The notes beneath the pieces were generated by a model. It did not search any database and was not told where the DNA came from. It was given only the letters and a program-made list of their open reading frames with translations. A stretch of 11,648 nucleotides of DNA from Candidatus Krumholzibacteriia bacterium. Its GTDB lineage: Bacteria; Krumholzibacteriota; Krumholzibacteriia; LZORAL124-64-63. A program made the position numbers and the translations under genes. Shown here in pieces: positions 9,606-11,648 of this stretch. The stretch spans positions 1 through 11,648 of the forward strand of contig JAWOID010000076.1 of the NCBI GenBank assembly GCA_046484865.1, in the 5' to 3' direction. Every line of letters begins with the position of its first letter. The first letter of the stretch is position 1.

Positions 9606-9635
9606 AACCTAATACCTGTGCGGATGCATGGTCAA
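9606..9635 (-). promoter_or_regulatory. Putative sigma70-type promoter for the MFS gene
   Basis: Minus strand TTGACC (9635-9630), 18-nt spacer, TAGGTT (9611-9606), about 50 nt upstream of the ATG. Confidence 0.5.
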
Positions 9636-9686
9636 GGAGCGCCCCCGGTGGAACGCTCCCGAACCTCTGCGGGGGGGCTTGGCGGG

Positions 9687-11408
9687 TCAGGCTCCCAGCG
9701 CGCCCTCGAGGCGCTGGCGGACCGATCGCCGGAGATCTCCCGCCAGACCCTCGCATCGCTCCAGCGCGGCTGACGCCTGCCGCCGGGTGGCAGCGGCGAA
9801 CCCGGGTTCCTCGCTCTGGTCGAGCTCCTGCAGGGACTGCAGGTTGATCAGGACGTTGTAGTACGCACCTTCCGCCGCCGCCATGGCGGTGAGCCCCGCC
9901 ACGCCGGCGTCCGAGAGCGAGTTCTCGTTGCCGATGCGGGCGATCTCCTCGGCCAGCTCGAGGGTGGCGGGCACCTGGGCGAGCACACCCAGCGGAACCC
10001 GGGTGGCCTGGCGGGTGGCCGCCGCCACCGCCCGCTCGCGAGCGGCCTTCTGGTCGGCCGTCTTCTTCGGCAGCCGGAACGCGTCGAGAACCGAGTTGAA
10101 TGCCTCGGTATCGGTGTCGATGGCCACCAGGAAACCGTCTTTGAGGGCCTGGGCCCGCTCGGCGATCTCCTTCACCCGGTCCTGCACGTCCGGGTACGCC
10201 TTCTTGCCCACGGTGAGGTTGGCGACCATGGCGACGAGGGCTGCCGCCTGTGCGCCGCAGAGCGCCGCCACCGAGCCGCCGCCCGGCGCGGGCGAGTCGG
10301 TGGACAGCTCGTCCACGAAATCGCGGCTGGTCATGCTCACCAGCGGCCCGTCCACCAGTCCGGCCTGGTACTCGACCACCTTCTCCAGCGGGTCGAAGGG
10401 GCCCAGCTCGCGCAGGCCGAGACTCTGGATGGCCGACTCGATCACCAGCCGGCGCGGCAGTCCGGCCGACCGGCCGCTCGCGCGCAGGTAGTGGCGGCCG
10501 GCCGCCAGCAGGTCGCCCTCCGGGACCAGACCGACGAGTTCGCTGCCGGTGACCCGCACGCCGCGCTCGCGAGCGGCTCCCCGGCACGCCTCGAACGCCT
10601 CGTGAGGCTTGGTGACGGCCGTGTCCACCAGGTTGATCGAGATCTGCGCGCGATCGTAGGCGGGGATCGTCCAGCCGACCGCCTTGCAGGCCTCGAGCTG
10701 GAACTTGCCCGGCACCTTGATCATCTGTCCGTGCTCGTCCCGGACGATGTTGCCGTCCCCGTCGCGCTTGGCCCGGCCCGCCTCCTTGATGTCGAGGGCG
10801 ATGTCCGACGCGATCGCCTTCTCGCGCGTGTTCAGGTTGACGTTGTAGGCCACCAGGAACCCGCGCGCACCGACGTTGGTGGCGCCGGTCCGGGCAGTGT
10901 GGTCGTTCCACTCGTTCGGTCCGAAGTCGGGCGCCCACTCGTCGCGGCCGAGCTTGTCGGTGAGAGCCTCGTACTCGCCCTTGCGGACGTCGGCGAGGTT
11001 GCGGCGCGACTCGCGGGTGGCGGCGTGCTCGTAGAGGTAGACCGGGATCGCCAGCTCGCTCCCGATGCGCTCGCCCACCTGCTGCGCCAGCGCGACGCAG
11101 TCCGCCATCGTCACCCCGCGCACCGGGACGAAGGGGCAGACGTCGGTGGCGCCGTGGCGGGGATGGGCTCCCGTGTGCCGGCGCATGTCGATGAGCTGTG
11201 CCGCCTTCTGGACCACCCGGAACGCAGCCTCGGCCACACCTTCGGGAGGCCCGATGAACGTGATCACGGTGCGGTTGGTGTCGGCGCCCGGATCCACGTC
11301 CAGCAGGCGGACCCCCGCGACCTCCTCCACGACGCCGGTCACCGCGTCGATCACGGCCCGATCGCGGCCCTCGCTGATGTTGGGTACGCATTCGACGAGC
11401 TTCGCCAT
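9687..11408 (-). CDS. ftcd: Bifunctional glutamate formimidoyltransferase / formimidoyltetrahydrofolate cyclodeaminase, 573 aa
   Basis: Starts MAKLVECVPNISEGR with GGAGG RBS at 11414-11418 (minus). Transferase motifs DTNRTVITF, IDMRRHTGAHPRHGATDVCPFVP, VGARGFLVAYNVNL, AQISINL, GSELVGLVP. Cyclodeaminase motifs SPAPGGGSVAALCGA, DTEAFN, GNENSLSDAGV, AYYNVLINL. Confidence 0.96.
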   Translation of the reverse strand: MAKLVECVPNISEGRDRAVIDAVTGVVEEVAGVRLLDVDPGADTNRTVITFIGPPEGVAEAAFRVVQKAAQLIDMRRHTGAHPRHGATDVCPFVPVRGVTMADCVALAQQVGERIGSELAIPVYLYEHAATRESRRNLADVRKGEYEALTDKLGRDEWAPDFGPNEWNDHTARTGATNVGARGFLVAYNVNLNTREKAIASDIALDIKEAGRAKRDGDGNIVRDEHGQMIKVPGKFQLEACKAVGWTIPAYDRAQISINLVDTAVTKPHEAFEACRGAARERGVRVTGSELVGLVPEGDLLAAGRHYLRASGRSAGLPRRLVIESAIQSLGLRELGPFDPLEKVVEYQAGLVDGPLVSMTSRDFVDELSTDSPAPGGGSVAALCGAQAAALVAMVANLTVGKKAYPDVQDRVKEIAERAQALKDGFLVAIDTDTEAFNSVLDAFRLPKKTADQKAARERAVAAATRQATRVPLGVLAQVPATLELAEEIARIGNENSLSDAGVAGLTAMAAAEGAYYNVLINLQSLQELDQSEEPGFAAATRRQASAALERCEGLAGDLRRSVRQRLEGALGA

Positions 11409-11464
11409 GGCTTCCTCCGGGAGACCTGGCCGCGAGCGGCCGGCGTGCACAGGAGTCGAACTCT

Positions 11465-11534
11465 CCCCGCCGGGGCGGAACCCACGGTCCTATATTATCG
11501 ACGACCCCCCGCCGGCGGTTCCGCCCCGGCGGGG
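11465..11534. repeat. Second perfect 18-bp inverted repeat interlocked with the 36-bp repeat
   Basis: CCCCGCCGGGGCGGAACC (11465-11482) and GGTTCCGCCCCGGCGGGG (11517-11534). Confidence 0.93.
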
Positions 11535-11561
11535 GGTCGTCGATAATATAGGACCGTGGGT
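11480..11561. repeat. Perfect 36-bp inverted repeat with 10-nt spacer
   Basis: ACCCACGGTCCTATATTATCGACGACCCCCCGCCGG (11480-11515) and its exact reverse complement (11526-11561); spacer CGGTTCCGCC. Confidence 0.97.
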
Positions 11562-11571
11562 CGTGATGCCA

Positions 11572-11619
11572 GGAGCGGCCGTGGGGAGCGGCCGTGGGGA
11601 GCGGCCGTGGGGGAGCGGC
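11572..11619. repeat. 13-bp tandem repeat, three full copies plus a partial copy
   Basis: GGAGCGGCCGTGG at 11572, 11585 and 11598, one extra G, then GGAGCGGC at 11612-11619. Confidence 0.93.
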
Positions 11620-11648
11620 GGGGCGCGACAGTGCCGGCGGCGCGCGCT

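Noticed and set aside
7645..11391. 1248-aa ORF in an alternative frame on the same strand as ftcd and the MFS gene
   Set aside because: Arg/Gly/Pro-rich with no recognisable motif; long stop-free shadow frames are expected with very high GC3.
11445..11470. GTTCGACTC on the minus strand resembling a tRNA T-loop
   Set aside because: Flanks GAGAG/CCTGT do not form a T-stem and no cloverleaf can be built.
8541..11546. Plus-strand ORFs (410, 202 and 351 aa) opposite MFS and ftcd
   Set aside because: Antisense shadows of the real genes with no independent evidence.
11480..11619. Terminal repeats as a CRISPR array or IS/MITE ends
   Set aside because: No repeat-spacer pattern, no transposase or cas gene, and no target-site duplication visible around the 36-bp arms.

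Overview
High-GC bacterial window, mostly housekeeping. Left to right: about 135 bp that translates as an internal fragment of a large serine recombinase, joined directly to the 3' ~690 nt of a 23S rRNA gene; then 5S rRNA and the rrn terminator. Four + strand genes follow: a beta-alpha fused ADP-forming acyl-CoA synthetase, 67K-type SppA, a Wzc-N/GumC-type polysaccharide co-polymerase and a CpsD/CapB tyrosine kinase. Converging on them from the - strand are bifunctional FTCD and a POT-like MFS transporter. The right end has a perfect 36-bp inverted repeat interlocked with an 18-bp one, and a G-rich 13-bp tandem repeat. The two most unusual signals (recombinase/23S junction and terminal palindrome) are both at the window ends and both have short microhomologies, so library or assembly chimerism must be excluded before reading biology into them. 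I cannot support a new multi-gene system from this sequence alone. All family calls are motif recognition by eye, not database searches.
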